64,000 nucleotides of DNA from Guillardia theta CCMP2712 (Eukaryota > Protista > Cryptophyta). The number at the start of each line of letters is the position of its first letter. Within the stretch, counting starts at the first letter, position 1. Position numbers and translations under genes: made by a program. Below, piece after piece: positions 35,635-49,000 of the stretch. Below the pieces are notes generated by a model. It worked only from the letters and a program-made list of their open reading frames with translations. It was not told the origin of the DNA and did not search any database. The stretch spans positions 221,238 to 285,237 of the forward strand of contig NW_005434669.1 of assembly GCF_000315625.1 (NCBI RefSeq), read 5' to 3'.

Positions 35635-37495
35635 TTAGTTCGCCTCTAATCCCTTCTTGTAAGCATCGAAATCGAAGAAGCACATGATCTTTCCAGTCAC
35701 CTGCACCTGACGTCAGTAAAATTCGACAAAGATCGATTACGTTTACATCGTCAAAGTCTGAATCGCCCCCACAACTGTTACCCGATGAGTACGCCGTCCA
35801 ATCGAACCCAGACTGAGAAGCAGGAGTGTCAACGAGGTCACAGGGCGCGAGCTGATGATCACCTTAACCAACTTTGCATTCGAGCAACAGGATTTTTCGT
35901 CGTCATCATTCTCATCACAGTTGCCGTACCAGTGCGCCCTGCGCTTTCCTGATCCCATGATGCTGTAGCTTTGCGCCGTTGCAACAGGGCCATCAATGAT
36001 TCCCTTGTTCCCGTACTTAGCAAGCATACAAATATTTCGAGCCTGATTGGACCCCGTTCCATGATGATTGTCATCAAACGTCTTCCCTCCGAAACGGAGC
36101 CCGTCGTCATTCGAAAGAATAAATCCTGCTTTCTCATCGCAGTGCTTGCACAGTTTCTCGCACTTGCCACACAGGTTGTCCTTTACGCCCAGCGCGAAGC
36201 AATTCTTCGTCTTCAAGTAGCACTGTCCTTCCGGCCACTCTCCGCTCGTCTTAACGTTGGCCACCTTGGGCGGACCGATGCCATTGAAACCGGCTTTTCC
36301 AGGAGGTCCAGGGGACCCGGGGGGGCCAGGTTTACCAGCCTGTCCCTTCTCACCTTCCGGTCCTCTCTTTCCTGGAGCCCCGTTCTTTCCTGAAGGGCCT
36401 GGAGCTCCCGGAGGTCCTGGGTAGCCGGGAGGACCTGCAGGGCTGAAGGAAGATAAGACATGAACATGCCCTCCTCCTCTCACCTCGAGATCCCTGGAGG
36501 CCCTGGCACCCCATCCTCCCCGTTCATCCCCGGAACTCCCTGCGAGCCTGGCAGGCCTCGAGCACCCGGAGGTCCCGGCAGGCCTTGAGGGCCCTGAGGA
36601 CCCCGTCTCCCCTGTCAGCAGCGCGTAAGAGGACAGCTGGGGCTGCAGCCTCAACTCACCTCAGGCCCCTTCCCTCCTGCAGGCCCGATGCTTCCCCTAG
36701 GGCCCTTCTTCCCTGGCCTTCCGCGGAGACCTGGTGGGCCGGGAGGACCCGGGTATCCTCGAGGACCGGAGGCGCCATAAGATCCTATAACATACTGCAT
36801 CAGCACACGCATCCTCCTCCTGCAGTGCGAGAGGGCACAAGGTCACCTTGAGGGCCTCGGAGCCCCGTCGGTCCCACTCCTCCTTTGGGCCCTGGGTCTC
36901 CTCGGGGCCCCCTAGGGCTGATTCGAATCCTCATCGTCTTCCAAGGGCCGTCCGTGTACGTTGACCTCTCGTCGCGCAACTCGTTCTTGAGGTCCTGAAG
37001 AGACTTCTTGAAGCTCTTGATCGTGACCCTTGTCCCTTGATCGTGCTGGAACACATCATCTGGATCCAGCCCGATGGAATCACCATCTAGCAGGTCCTCC
37101 ATCTTCCTCTCGGACTCTTTCATGTACTCGCTCTCCTTGAATGCCGGCTCCTGACAGTACAGCGAGGTGCACTTTGTTTTCTTCGCCAGAGCGATTCCAT
37201 GCACAGCATGTCGCACCGCATGATTGACTGCCGCTCCTTCTGGACCTTCATCTTCATCCAAGAAGCTGTCAATCTTTTGTTTCGCCAGCTCAAGGGGGGA
37301 ATCCAGAAGGTCGGCAAGCTTGCTTGAAACCAGCTTGTTGCCTCGGGCGACAGTCCCTTCTTGATACAACACATCGTCACCCCGCTTACTTGTTGAAATC
37401 CTTGTGACGAGTAGAACAAGAGAAACGGAGAGGAGGAGGAGGAGGAGGATCGCTCCTCCTGCCATCAACCCTCCTCCGCGCCGCCTGTCTGCCAT
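35635..37495 (-). CDS. Type II membrane collagen-like protein with C-terminal Cys-rich domain
   Basis: [25 protein letters not shown]-terminal anchor; several exons of Gly-X-Y ([10 protein letters not shown]; [40 protein letters not shown]); Cys-rich C-terminus ending [21 protein letters not shown]. Confidence 0.75.
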
Positions 37496-37668
37496 GGCTG
37501 TCACGAAGAGCCGCACAAATTGCAGGTACTCTGAATTCTTTCAACATCTTCATGAAACTCAATATACCACCCCTCCTCAGACCTATAAAGTACCCCTCCA
37601 TCTGATCAAGTTTCTACCAGCGAGCTCGTTCTCGCAAAATCAGATTTAACTGAACCTCCCTTCAAGTT

Positions 37669-40600
37669 TTAATTATTGGTGGTAATTTTGAAATCAAAAC
37701 TAGACTGACCATTTCCTAGAGGACTTGTGCTTCCATGTGGTGAGCCTGCGCTCGAAGATGTTCTTTGCCTTGGAGAGGTTGGAGCCGGCCTGAGCCAATC
37801 AGCATGAGAACGGGAACGAGAATGAGATCTGTCTTTCATGCTCCTGTCAACAGAGACTGCTCTCCTGCTATCGTCCTTGCTCCACTCCTCTTGCACAACA
37901 TGCAACTCATCGACACAAGTACAAAAACCTCACCTTCCATGGGACGGATACGGCGAGGTTGATCTCTTTCATGAATGAATCCATGTCCTTCAGTTCTCGA
38001 CTGAGGCAATCTTTCAGTAAACGTCAAGTGACAAACTGAAGATCAACACCAGAGGCTGGTGAAGAATGCACGTCGGCTGCCTTCAGGAGTCATCTTTGCT
38101 ATCATGCACCTCAGGGCAAGATCTTGAATCTTCAGTCTCGTCTTGATCATGTTCAATCTGTCATCTCCTTGGCTCTCTAGCTGCTCAGTGAAGGATGTCA
38201 GCGAAGCACCTGCAGCAAACTCTCTCACCTCTTCCCAGAGGTTAGCCACTCTCTCTCGGGCTCTGCTAGCAAGCTTGTCATGCTCCCTGACCTCCAGGTT
38301 CGGGCTCGATCGGATCCAGTCTTGGTTGTTGAGAGTGTCTTCCAGATGGGTCAGCCGCTGTCCCTGCAGCGCAAGGTCGTTGAGGAAGGAGTCTGTGTCT
38401 GAAGGAAGGTTGGATCCGCTCATGGACGATCGCAGGGTCGAGATCTGCAGCAGCATCCTCGCCAGCTCCTTCTTCGAGTGGTTGTCGCCCAGCGCTCGCA
38501 CGACGGCCTCGAGGTCCTGAGGGAGGAGGATGGAGATGAAGGCAGCGACAGCCGCGTGCCTGACGAACGTGTCGGTGTGATTCATGATCTTCAAGATATC
38601 GGCCATCGCCTTGCGATCTCCTTTCGGGCAGAATAGCATCATGGCTTCCTTGGCAACCCAACGGCAGTGACCGTCTTCGTGCAGAAGCAACGGGAGTGTC
38701 ATTGGCACGACTTGAGATGGGTTGTTTTCCACGAGCTTTTGCAAACTCTTCATTGCAGCTGAGCGAACATCGTGATTTGCTTGCTGGAGGCATGCGATGA
38801 CGCAGTCTATCGCTGTTTGATTCCCATGAGGAACGACGAGATGCAAGCATTCGAGAATGCACTCGAGCTTTGATGTCAGAGTCTTCCTTTTCCCTTGGAT
38901 CGATTCATCATTGATATCGCTTCCTCGCATGCTATTCTCGCCTCCCTCGATTTGCTTTCCTTCCTCAGCGTCAAGCTGGCTGTACTCCTGCAGCACCTGA
39001 CCCATTAGCTCGACCGACTGGGACATGTAGTCTTCATAAAAATACGGTCTGACGGGGTAGCCTTGTCGAAATGCTGATTGAATGAGTACGAGCGCTGAAT
39101 TTCGAATCTCAAAGTCATCGTTCACTAGCCCATTCATGACTTGATCTAGAATGCTCTTATTCTGCAGGTCACATATGTCCATGAGTGCTACTCTGACGGC
39201 TGCGTAGACATGCTTGCTGTCATCCCCGTAGTTCTTGTTCCACGCTGTCATGAGTGCCTTCATGACAAGTGAGGATGGTGTCAACTGACTGATCCCAAGA
39301 AAGGCGCATTCACCTTAACCACAGGAGAGTTTGCTCCGAGTCTGACAAGGTTGTCTTCTTTGATGCTCTTCTCTTTCATCCATTGCGACACGACTCTGAC
39401 CGCCTCAAGACAAACGTACCAAACCCCGTCGTCGAGCAACTGCATCGCTAGCGACATCGTTTGCTCAGACTGCAAACTCGTATTAGACCAGGGAAAGCCT
39501 TGTCTCGAAAACTCTCACGAAGTTTGAATCTCTGCTTGCCAGAGCCTGACATGCTTGGATCGCGCTGTGCCTGACCTGAAGGAAACATCACCAACAGGTC
39601 AACGGGGAGGATGAATGTAGCATCACCTCTGGGTTTGGATCTTCAGTGCAGGACTTGAGGACATTTACCACCTGCTCACTCACTCGGTCTGAAGCCAGTG
39701 AGGTGACGATTTGCAAGGCTTGCGTTCTTATCGACACGTCCATTCTTTGACGCCACTCAGCGAATCAATAGCCAACCTCTCAAACAACATACTTGGAGGA
39801 GCCTGGCCGTTGACAGAGAGATCCGAGCTCAACTATGAGTGCTGGCGCTCTTGCTCTGTTGGCTCCCTTGAGCACATCAGCTACCTCGTGTCGGATGTTG
39901 GCGTCAGTATCGCACAACATGGCGACGAAGGCTGGGGGAAGCAGTCACAAAGCCGCGACAGCTCCAAGGGGTCACCTGACGAGTACGACAGTGAAGGATC
40001 AAACCTCACAATCATTGTAGTCGCTGTGTGTCTTATCGCCTTGTGAAAGTCCAGCAGCTGCACACGTCAAGAAACAGAAGTTAAGTCGTAAGTGGACACA
40101 TGATCATGCAAATCACATGATACAGTAGATACCGACAGACACGCTTTCTCTCGGACACGTCGAAAAGTGCTTCATGGACATATGATCACAGTCTCGAACA
40201 GGACAAAGTGAACTTGTTTTCTTTTCCTCACCTGTCAGCGATTTGATTCCGGCTATTCTCACCTCTGTTTCTTCGATTTCTTCTTCGAGCCGAAAATCTC
40301 CTTCTTCCAGGCATTTCCTCTCAAACTCAGCAAAACCTGCACCAGCAAATGGTTGTAACTCCATACAGCAAGGAGTAACCAACAGGAGACAGCTGCTTTT
40401 TTGATACATACATGTATCCTCATCACCGGTCTCAAGGTCTCCATCTTCATCGTGCGCCTTTATTTTGAGACCAATCTTGTCTTTCTCAACTGTTTTGTGT
40501 CTGCAGTCGACCACAGACAACAAGTGCAACACCGACGATCGACACTGTTCTGATATTAGCTTGCTTTCAGACTTGCAGACATGACAAGCTCACTCGCGAG

Positions 40601-42628
40601 AAGTCGCAAGAGGCAACTTGTCGGAGAGCATCGCAAGCTGTCCGTCTCAATTCCTTGGGTAAATGGTGTAAGACAGACGAAAGTCAACGATCTTGCTGAA
40701 ATCTACCTCACGCGAGTCACAAAGAGCAGAAGCAAAACAATTGTCTGATTGAAACAAGAGGGCCAAACATCAACAACAGACAGACGACAAGGCATCATAC
40801 CTAGATCTTCTGTTTCAAATGGATCCAAAGAGCTGTAAATGTGTCAGACATGTACGAAAGTTCTCCGTCGCAAGCGACTAACCCTGTCCTATCTACATTG
40901 ATCGGGCTGTTAGGGAAGAGAACCTTTGAAGCTGAGATCGCTACCCTTCGAATTTCCCAATTCTCGTGCTTCATGTGCGGGACAAGTTCCCTCCGTCTCC
41001 TCCTCGTTCCCTCGTCATCCCTTGTGATGATTCCTTTCTCAGCAAGACTGCTGATCGCTTCCAAAGCTCGCTCTCTGACTGCCCTTTCTTCATCTCCCAA
41101 TGACTGTATAACACATCCCACCACAGAAGAACCTTAGAACCCGTCATTGTCTCCAACGATTGAGAAGGAAATACCTCTCAGACAGAAACAGTCTAAGAGC
41201 TCGAGGATTGCGATGCGAACAAACATGTTTTCTTCCTGCATGATCTGCACAAGGTCTTCCACGAAAGTTTGCAGCAATATTTCTTGACATTCTTTCAACT
41301 CGTTGTCGGCGCGGGTTCTTTGCATCTCAAGAGCCATGGATGACATGGTTTGCAGAAGAGCTTCTCTGAAATAGCACGTGCAGATGTCGTTCTGAAACCT
41401 CTGCACCAGCCTGGTAAGAGTTGACTTGAAATCTGCAGGGAGCGTGAGAGAAGAAAGCTTGGCAATAAAACATTTCTTGTTTACCATTGCGACAGATTCT
41501 CCCGAGCGTTTCTGCAGCTGTAAAACGCAAGGATCTTCGGTGTATGTCAGCAAAAAAATCGTATTCATTTCACTCCTTCACTACCTATCGAACTCTTCAA
41601 GCAGCTCCGTGACGACTGTCAGGATCCTTTCATCGTCTTCACAGCAAGAGATGGCTCAGAGTGTCAGCAAGCGAGAAAGAATCAAGTACCCGTCTTTGAC
41701 GAAGCTTTGTAAATCACCCCCAATGTTTGCAAGTAGCCCTCTTTGAGCCTGGGACATTTTCATCCGCCCCAAACTAGCTATGGCCAACAAGACCTGGCCG
41801 AGATCCTCGAACTTATTCTAGACATGACAAGCTTCACCTGCACCAGACCATTTCACACAAATAACATCTTCTTCTCTCATGACAGCACAGGCTCAGACTC
41901 AGATCCGAAGCACGGCTCATTCCCGATCAAACTGGAGATGCTGGAGAAGGCTGCTTTCCGGTGCGGGATGTGCGGGTCCTCCAAGAGTTCTAGCAGCTTC
42001 TTCACCTTGCCATAGGGAAGCTTTCAGTGTCGACATGCTCATATCTTCACCTTACAAGGTCCGAATGCTTCTTGCCATACTCGTCCCTGATAGCTGTCAG
42101 CAGACCGAACCAACACATACAGACTCGATGCCTCGATATTTCGAAGAGAATGGCAGAGAGTTCAGTTGGTTTGCTGGTTGTTGTCAGGGTTGGCTTGTCC
42201 TCCTGCACAAGGCGCATGTTACAGGTTTCTATCGATACATCTTGACACACCATGTACTTACCAACTGCCAGATCGGAGCTCCATCGACAGAGGACCTGAC
42301 TATCCAGCCTTCTGAGACTTTTCCTCCCTATTACATCATCAATCATCGTTTCATGAGCAGCAGAGAGGTGATTGTTGTGCACGTCTGTGAACGAGAGATT
42401 GACGTGTAAGTCTGCATGTTCTTTCACCTGACTTCTTGTTTCAACACTCTGAGAGAGGTAGTCGTCTATTCTCCTCAACAGGCTCTTTCGCACAGCTTCG
42501 TCGACGATGTCAAGTACAACATCCTTGCATGTTGACATCTGCCATGATCGTCACCGACATGATCTGAGTTCTTCGGTCGACATGCTCACGGCTTGTTTGC
42601 TGTCGCCATTCTTCATCGCCTCCCCCAT
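37669..42628 (-). CDS. Large HEAT/ARM-repeat protein (multi-exon)
   Basis: Repeated HEAT-like units: LGDEERAVRERALEAISSL, HENWEIRRVAI, LLDDGVWYVCLEAVRVV, NDDFEIRNSAL, QANHDVRSAAMKSLQKL, HTDTFVRHAAVAAF. Confidence 0.75.
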
Positions 42629-42794
42629 CTCTCAGACCATCTCCCCGTCAACTGCTCTTACCACCCCTACCCCTTTCTGAAATAAATACACCCGTATATT
42701 CTACCTTGACTACCCTAGTGATGAGATCGCGCCCTCGTACCCCTACCCCTGATTTGTTCGAGACCTCCACGCCATGCGGCTCGTAAGCTTCGCG

Positions 42795-45792
42795 ATGCAG
42801 CGAAGACGCGGGATGGAAGGGGATGGCGAAGGCGAGAGCAGGAAGAGCACAGGAAGTGAACACAACGATGTCGGCGACGATGATGACGATGATGAGGAGG
42901 AGGCAGACGAGGAGGTGAGCCTGACGCCTCTTGCTGGATGCTTCATTTTTCGCTGATCCACCTCGACAGGTCCACTTCGGCGCCATCATGGACGACAACG
43001 AGCACATCTGCGACCTCACTGCCTCCTGTACTCCCATTCTCCTGTCCTGTCCTGTCCTGTCTCCTCTTCTCTCCTCCTCTCCTCTCCTCTCCTCTCCTCT
43101 CCTCTCCTCTCCTCTCCCTCCCTCTCGTCTTCGTCTTCGTCTTCGTCTTCGTCTTCGTNNNNNNNNNNNNNNNNNNNNNNNNNNNNNNNNNNNNNNNNNN
43201 NNNNNNNNNNNNNNNNNNNNNNNNNNNNNNNNNNNNNNNNNNNNNNNNNNNNNNNNNNTTCAAAGCCCAAAGGATTTGCTTCCTCCAGGCCTCCCCTCCG
43301 CCACCCCTGAGCGCATAATAAGTGAACCGAACCTGGTCGAAGAAAGAGAAGAACTCCTACAGATATCCCGTTCAAGTACAACCTGACAATTCCATCTGAG
43401 AGCGTGAAAGAATGATTTGTACCAAATGTTGGGCAGGATCGGTTCGATACATTTGATGCTGTGTTCAGGATCTCCTCTCTCTCTCTCCTCTCCTCTCCTC
43501 TCCTCTCCTCTCCTCTCCTCTCCTCTCCTCTCCTCTCCTCTCCTCTCCTCTCCTCTCCTCTCCTCTCCTCTCCTCTCCTCTCCTCTCCTCTCCTCTCCTC
43601 TCCTCTCCTCTCCTCTCCTCTCCTCTCCTCCTCAAGTGCATGGAGCTCATATGGACGCCTCTCAGTGCCGCGACAATGGCAGCCGCTGGACTCCATCGCC
43701 TTCCTGCAACGAGGTGCCGACGCTCTCAGACGTGCAGACGAGGCCATGTCAGAGCGAGCAAACCTGATCCCGCTCTCTCAAGTTCGGGTAAGTCGAAGCT
43801 GGGACAGGTAGAAGACATGACGCGATTGAATGGGTAGCTTCTGGCTCCTGTGACGAATCCGGGCAAGGTGATAGTGGTGGAGAATGTGATCGTTGGTGGA
43901 GACAAGGTGTCTCCTGCTGTGTGGTTGGAGTAGCATGTTGTTGAGATGGTTGGGCAGGGAGCTGACGATGAGAAAGTTGGACAACAGCATGTTGGTAAAT
44001 CTTGTTTCACAATCGCCAACATCTTCTGATATGGGGTGAAGGTGTGGTTTCATGAGCAAAGGAGATGCTCATCCTTCATTGCAGTTGGAGAGGAGTGAGG
44101 AGAGAGACAGAGATTCTGAATCGGAGGAGAGCGGAGAAGAGGGAAACGACAGTTCATCAGCATCTCGACCGGACTCTGGTGTTGTAGTTGCTTCTGTTGT
44201 AGTTGCTGCTGTTGTTCTTGTCATCCTCCTCCTCCATCCTCCTCCATCCTCCTCCTCCTCCACCACCACCACCTCCTCCTCCACCTCCTCCTCCTCCACC
44301 ACCACCACCACCTCCTCTTCCTTGATCTTTGGAGTCTCACGGATTTTCATTGCAAGTTCGCGGAGCAGATGAAGATGACGACGGATGGAAGTCGACCCAA
44401 GTAATGTTCTTCACCAAGTACATCAGCATGACGTTAGGAGGGGCGAGTTACCCACCGATGAACGAGGAAGACAAAGTCAGACACTGCCATCTCTGTTCAT
44501 CTTCAACTCCTCCTCTCATCTTCAACTCCTCATCTCATATCCAAACTCGCGTCTAATCTCGTGGCAGTTTTACGCAAACGGTCAGATCGGATTGGTGATT
44601 GGGAGTACGTGTAGAAGGTTTGCAAACGATCGCAGCAACGTCCTCATACCTGGCTGATGAGATGTAAGGGTGGCTGAAGATCGGGCCATGGAGAGTGTGA
44701 CGGCGATTACAATCGTTCAAGTGACTGATACTGATGTTGATGATATTCCCTCCTCGTTCACCCGCTGTCTCAGGATTTCGCTCCCAAAGATTGGTTGACG
44801 AATGAGTCAAAGTAACTATCTCACTTCGCTCTCCTTCCTCTCCTCTCCTCTCCTCTCCTCTCCTCTCCTCTCCTCTCCTCTCCTCTCCTCTCCTCTCCTC
44901 TCCTCTCCTCTCCTCTCCTCTCCTCTCCTCTCCTCTCCTCTCCTCTCCTCTCCTCTCCTCTCCACTCCACTCCTCTCCTCTCCTCAAATGTACTTGAAAC
45001 TCTCACACCAAAAACCCATAGGTGGTTGAACAGCAAGTCTTATGATTGCCCAGTTGTCACAGGTCCATGGATGATAGACCTGGTAAGTGAGAGATAAGTC
45101 GTGTGCGGTGGTCGTGCCGAAACAGGTCATCTTGATTTATCTTGCAATCTTGGTCATGTCTTGTGATGACTTCGTTGCCTGTCCCTTCTTACTCTCTTGC
45201 TGACGTGTTCTTCATGTCTTGCCAGGAATCCATCGGTGACATTGAGAACGTCAACCTGAAAACCTTTGTGAATGAGAGACTGATTGAGGTCTTGAACATG
45301 TCAAGGAGCAATGATAGGCAGCTGAACAAGTTTGCCAGGAGGGGATGGTGGCGAGTTTGAAGTTTTCACCGTCTTACTTGATATCATATGTGAAAATCTG
45401 CCCACTAACACTGCTTTCTGATTCATCTCCTCTCTCCTCTCTCCTCTCTCCTCTCTCCTCTCTCCTCTCTCCTCTCTTTTTCTCTCTGCGCCTTCCGTCT
45501 CTGAACTTCATTCCAGATCAGTAGATTCATTGTTCTTGATCCGGGGGACCTTGTCCTGATCGGCAACCTCATCTCTCAATAAGTAGCATCTGTTTCTTAC
45601 CTTGTTCACAGGGAGTTTTGCGCGCACTGATGGCGTCGACGATGAACCTGTACAAGTACATGTGAGTTTTGATCGATGTTCGATCTTTCTCTTCTCACTT
45701 TCAATGAAAAGGTGGGAGATAAGATCACTTGTGTTTCTGATCAGATAGGGGAGCTGTTTTGTTTTGTTGCCGATGAAAGAGCGGGGATGTAA
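42795..45792 (+). CDS. Fumarylacetoacetate hydrolase (FAHD2-like) family protein, degenerate; spans a gap
   Basis: Spliced LLAPVTNPGKVI, FFTKY, IGLVIG, DFAPKDW, WLNSKSYD..VTGPW, LKTFVN, ISRFIVLDPGDLVLIG, VGDKITCVSDQIG are collinear with FAHD2; linkage of the pre-gap acidic exon is uncertain. Confidence 0.7.
43485..43630. repeat. (TCCTC)n pentamer array (similar arrays at ~44836-44985, ~49378-49446, and complement at ~49787-49900)
   Basis: Direct tandem arrays. Confidence 0.95.
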
Positions 45793-46079
45793 TGATTGAG
45801 AGAAGAGAAATCAACGGCAAACAGCAAGTTTATGTTACATGTTCCAGACCTTACTGACAACTCTTATGACTTTATTTTCATGTCTTTTGCATACTTTAAA
45901 CATTTCATTGATATTTATCGATCATGTAAATTTACTTCATGTGTTCTTGGCATTTACAAGTTTGTTCGACTTCTGCCTGTCCCATGAGAATACCAACCCT
46001 CCCCACCTTGACCTTCCCACATTTGCTCAATATCAACACCACAACCAACAACAACATCTCACCTCTGCTTGAAACATTC

Positions 46080-49000
46080 ATCTAAGATCGCGTTCCTGTT
46101 CTCTTCTCTCTTGGCTGACTGGTCATGTAGCCTCCAAGTGCTCGTCAGGTACACGTCATCTTACAGCTTCCAACACACCTCGCAATCACAGCTTGCCGCG
46201 TCTTCTTCCGATTCTGCTTCGCTGAGCTCAACAGAAGGTCGGCGTGCTTTCGTGCTAGCGACGAGATCTTGTCGAGATTTTTCTCCATCAGCTCCTGTTG
46301 GAAAGGACTCGCTCTTGTTGCTGCCGATCCCTCGGAAGTGCCGGGCAATGACGATACCGATCGCCTCATCTCAAAAGATCTTCTCATCGCACCGACAGAA
46401 GTCAGTGAGAAGAAACTTTATGTGAGGGGAGGAGAGTGGAACAACATGGAACAACAACAACACCTCCTTGCTCTCTTCTTCTCCTTGACGTCGATGAGAT
46501 TCACTCTGGCAATCTCCTTCAAGCTTTCTCTGCGTTGAGACGTGAGGACTGAACGATCTCCACACCCAACGACTCTCACTTGTAGTCGGCGATGTTGCTG
46601 AGGAACGATGGGATGTGAAGTTGCCGGGTAAGGGACGAGTTCCGCAGCAACACAATCTTTGCATCATTGTAATCTTCCAAAGAGACCTGAACAACACAAC
46701 AAGATGAGGAGACGAAGAGGAAGAAGAGGCGAGTTGATGGTTAAAAGAGAAGGACAGGGAGAGCCTTGAAGAAAGATGAAACAGCAATGATGATGTCTTA
46801 CCTTCATAGAATGTAACAGGACAAAATCGAGATCGTTCAATCTTTGTAGAATCTTGATAGCTCCTTCCAAGTAAGCTCGGTCCTGTCAGGCACCAAGTCA
46901 TCTTCGCAAAGACTTCGGTTGTTGCTGCCTTACCTTGCCAAGTGACCCAGGAAGCGCTGAATTCCTCAGTCCTCGCTGAAGCAAAGTCTGAGAGAAGGAC
47001 AAGGAGGAAGATAGAGAGTTCGACAACGGAGAGGAGGAGGAGGATGGGGAGGGAAGCGAGTCTAGGGGGACCAGAGGTAGGAAGCGGAGGAGGGAGCGGA
47101 TGACGAGCGGGGAGGCAGGAGGAGGAGGAGGAGGGAGTGTAGCTGTAAATGTGCGACCTTGCAACGAAGACAGTACGACCATCTTGCTTCAGGGGACGAA
47201 ACGTACTGCTTGAGCTCAAGAAACAAATCTGACAATAGATCTGAGCCTTGAAGAGAAAGGAGCAGCATCGACAGATACCTGTGAAGCCAAGCTCTCTCGC
47301 TCTACACTGAGAGTAGTAGGATAGAGCGGGCGACCACATGAGCTTGTTTCCTGTTGCTGATCGTCACCAGAAGTAGCATCGTATCTACCATTATCATAAC
47401 CACCGTCATCGTCAACATCAACATCAACATTCATCTCTCCCCCTCATCCTTTCTTCATCCACTACCCCTGCTTTGCTCGTCCCTGCCTCTTTGAATTCAT
47501 TTTCTGTGACTTACTGCTCTTCAACAATGTGTTCAAGCTCGCAAGACCCTGCCGAAGAAAATTAGAGTCTTCATAACGGCATCAACCATCATTATCATCA
47601 TCATCATCACCACCACCACCATCCCCATCCCCATCATGCCCATCATCATCCCCATCATCCCCATCATCATCATCCCCATCATCATCATACCCATCATCAT
47701 CATCATCATCATCATCATAATCATCATAATCATCATCATCATCATCATGTCCATCATCATCATCATCATCATACCTCTTCCGTTATCAGATCAACGATCG
47801 GACTTTTCGCTTCTCTTGTCCATTTTCCTTGAAGTATCCACATGAGCGACATCATACCCCTTTCACCCCTCTCACCCATCATGTTCACAATCTTCTGGTT
47901 GTTGTGCGCGCGTACGAAGTGCGTTCCTGCAGCGGTCTCACACGCTACACGCTCCCTGCCTTCTCAGCGCACCAATCTCGTGATCCATCAAACTCTGAAA
48001 TCTCAATCGAGTCCACTGGTTTCCTGGGACATCACTGGTGAAAATGAAGTTGAAGAAGCATCGGATCGTGTCTGAATTGATTCTAGTTGTGAAGACTATC
48101 TCTCCCTCCCTTTCTCCCTCCCTCCCGTCTCTGTCTCTGTTCTGTCTCTGTTTCTCTCGCTGTACTCTGTGAATGAATAAATGTCTTTACCTTTGACCAG
48201 GTGCAATTTCCCCTTCACTTCGCCATTCACGATGGTGGAGATCATCGAAGCTGATCGGCATTTACTCTTGTCCATCCAGACAATCTCGACGCTACAGAAA
48301 GATGAGCAGAAATAAAACAATAAACAAGATGATGAAGGATAAGAATAAATCGAACGACAAGAGTGATAATGAAGAGGACACATTGAGCAACCAAGTATGA
48401 AGGAGGAGAGAAAACTCATCTTCACGGTCATCACAAGGACAATGGCGATATATGCATTACGATTTCTCGACACCAATCTCTTCAAGGTACTTCCTAACCC
48501 ACTCCTCCTGCATTCATCTCGTCAAGTTTGAGAGACTCGATTCCCGATCTCACAATCTTGTGGACGTCTGAACATCGACCCGATGGATCTGAAGTCGGAG
48601 ACAATCTGGAGATTTCCTTTCAGATATCAAGAAATCGTTGCAAACGTCCAATATGCTGCAAGAAAGACCTTTGCGCATCCGCAACCACATCAATCTGATC
48701 CAAAGTAGAGGCGTCCTGGGAAGAAACAAGTCTTGATCACATTGCGAAAAGTACATCAAGAACACAACGAAGACAAAACCAAGTTTCGAGCAAGAAGAAG
48801 CAAGCACATCCAACACATGTCATATGACACCTTCGTTTCTCCCTCCCGATCGTCTTCCCGGTGCTCATCAGCCACAGCAACGTCATCTTGGCTGGATCTC
48901 AACGAAGAGTTCTCTGCCGCGTTCGCCTCCAAAGGTTGTCAGCTGTTGCATTCCCCATCAACATCTCTACCACCTTGTACAGGTTGAGGATCTTGAGAGC

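Noticed and set aside
43016-45036. EERRG/SSPLL repeat proteins
   Set aside because: Translations of (TCCTC)n intronic microsatellites.
47533-47845. Poly-Met/poly-Ile hydrophobic ORFs
   Set aside because: (CAT)n intronic repeat of the MATCAP-like gene.
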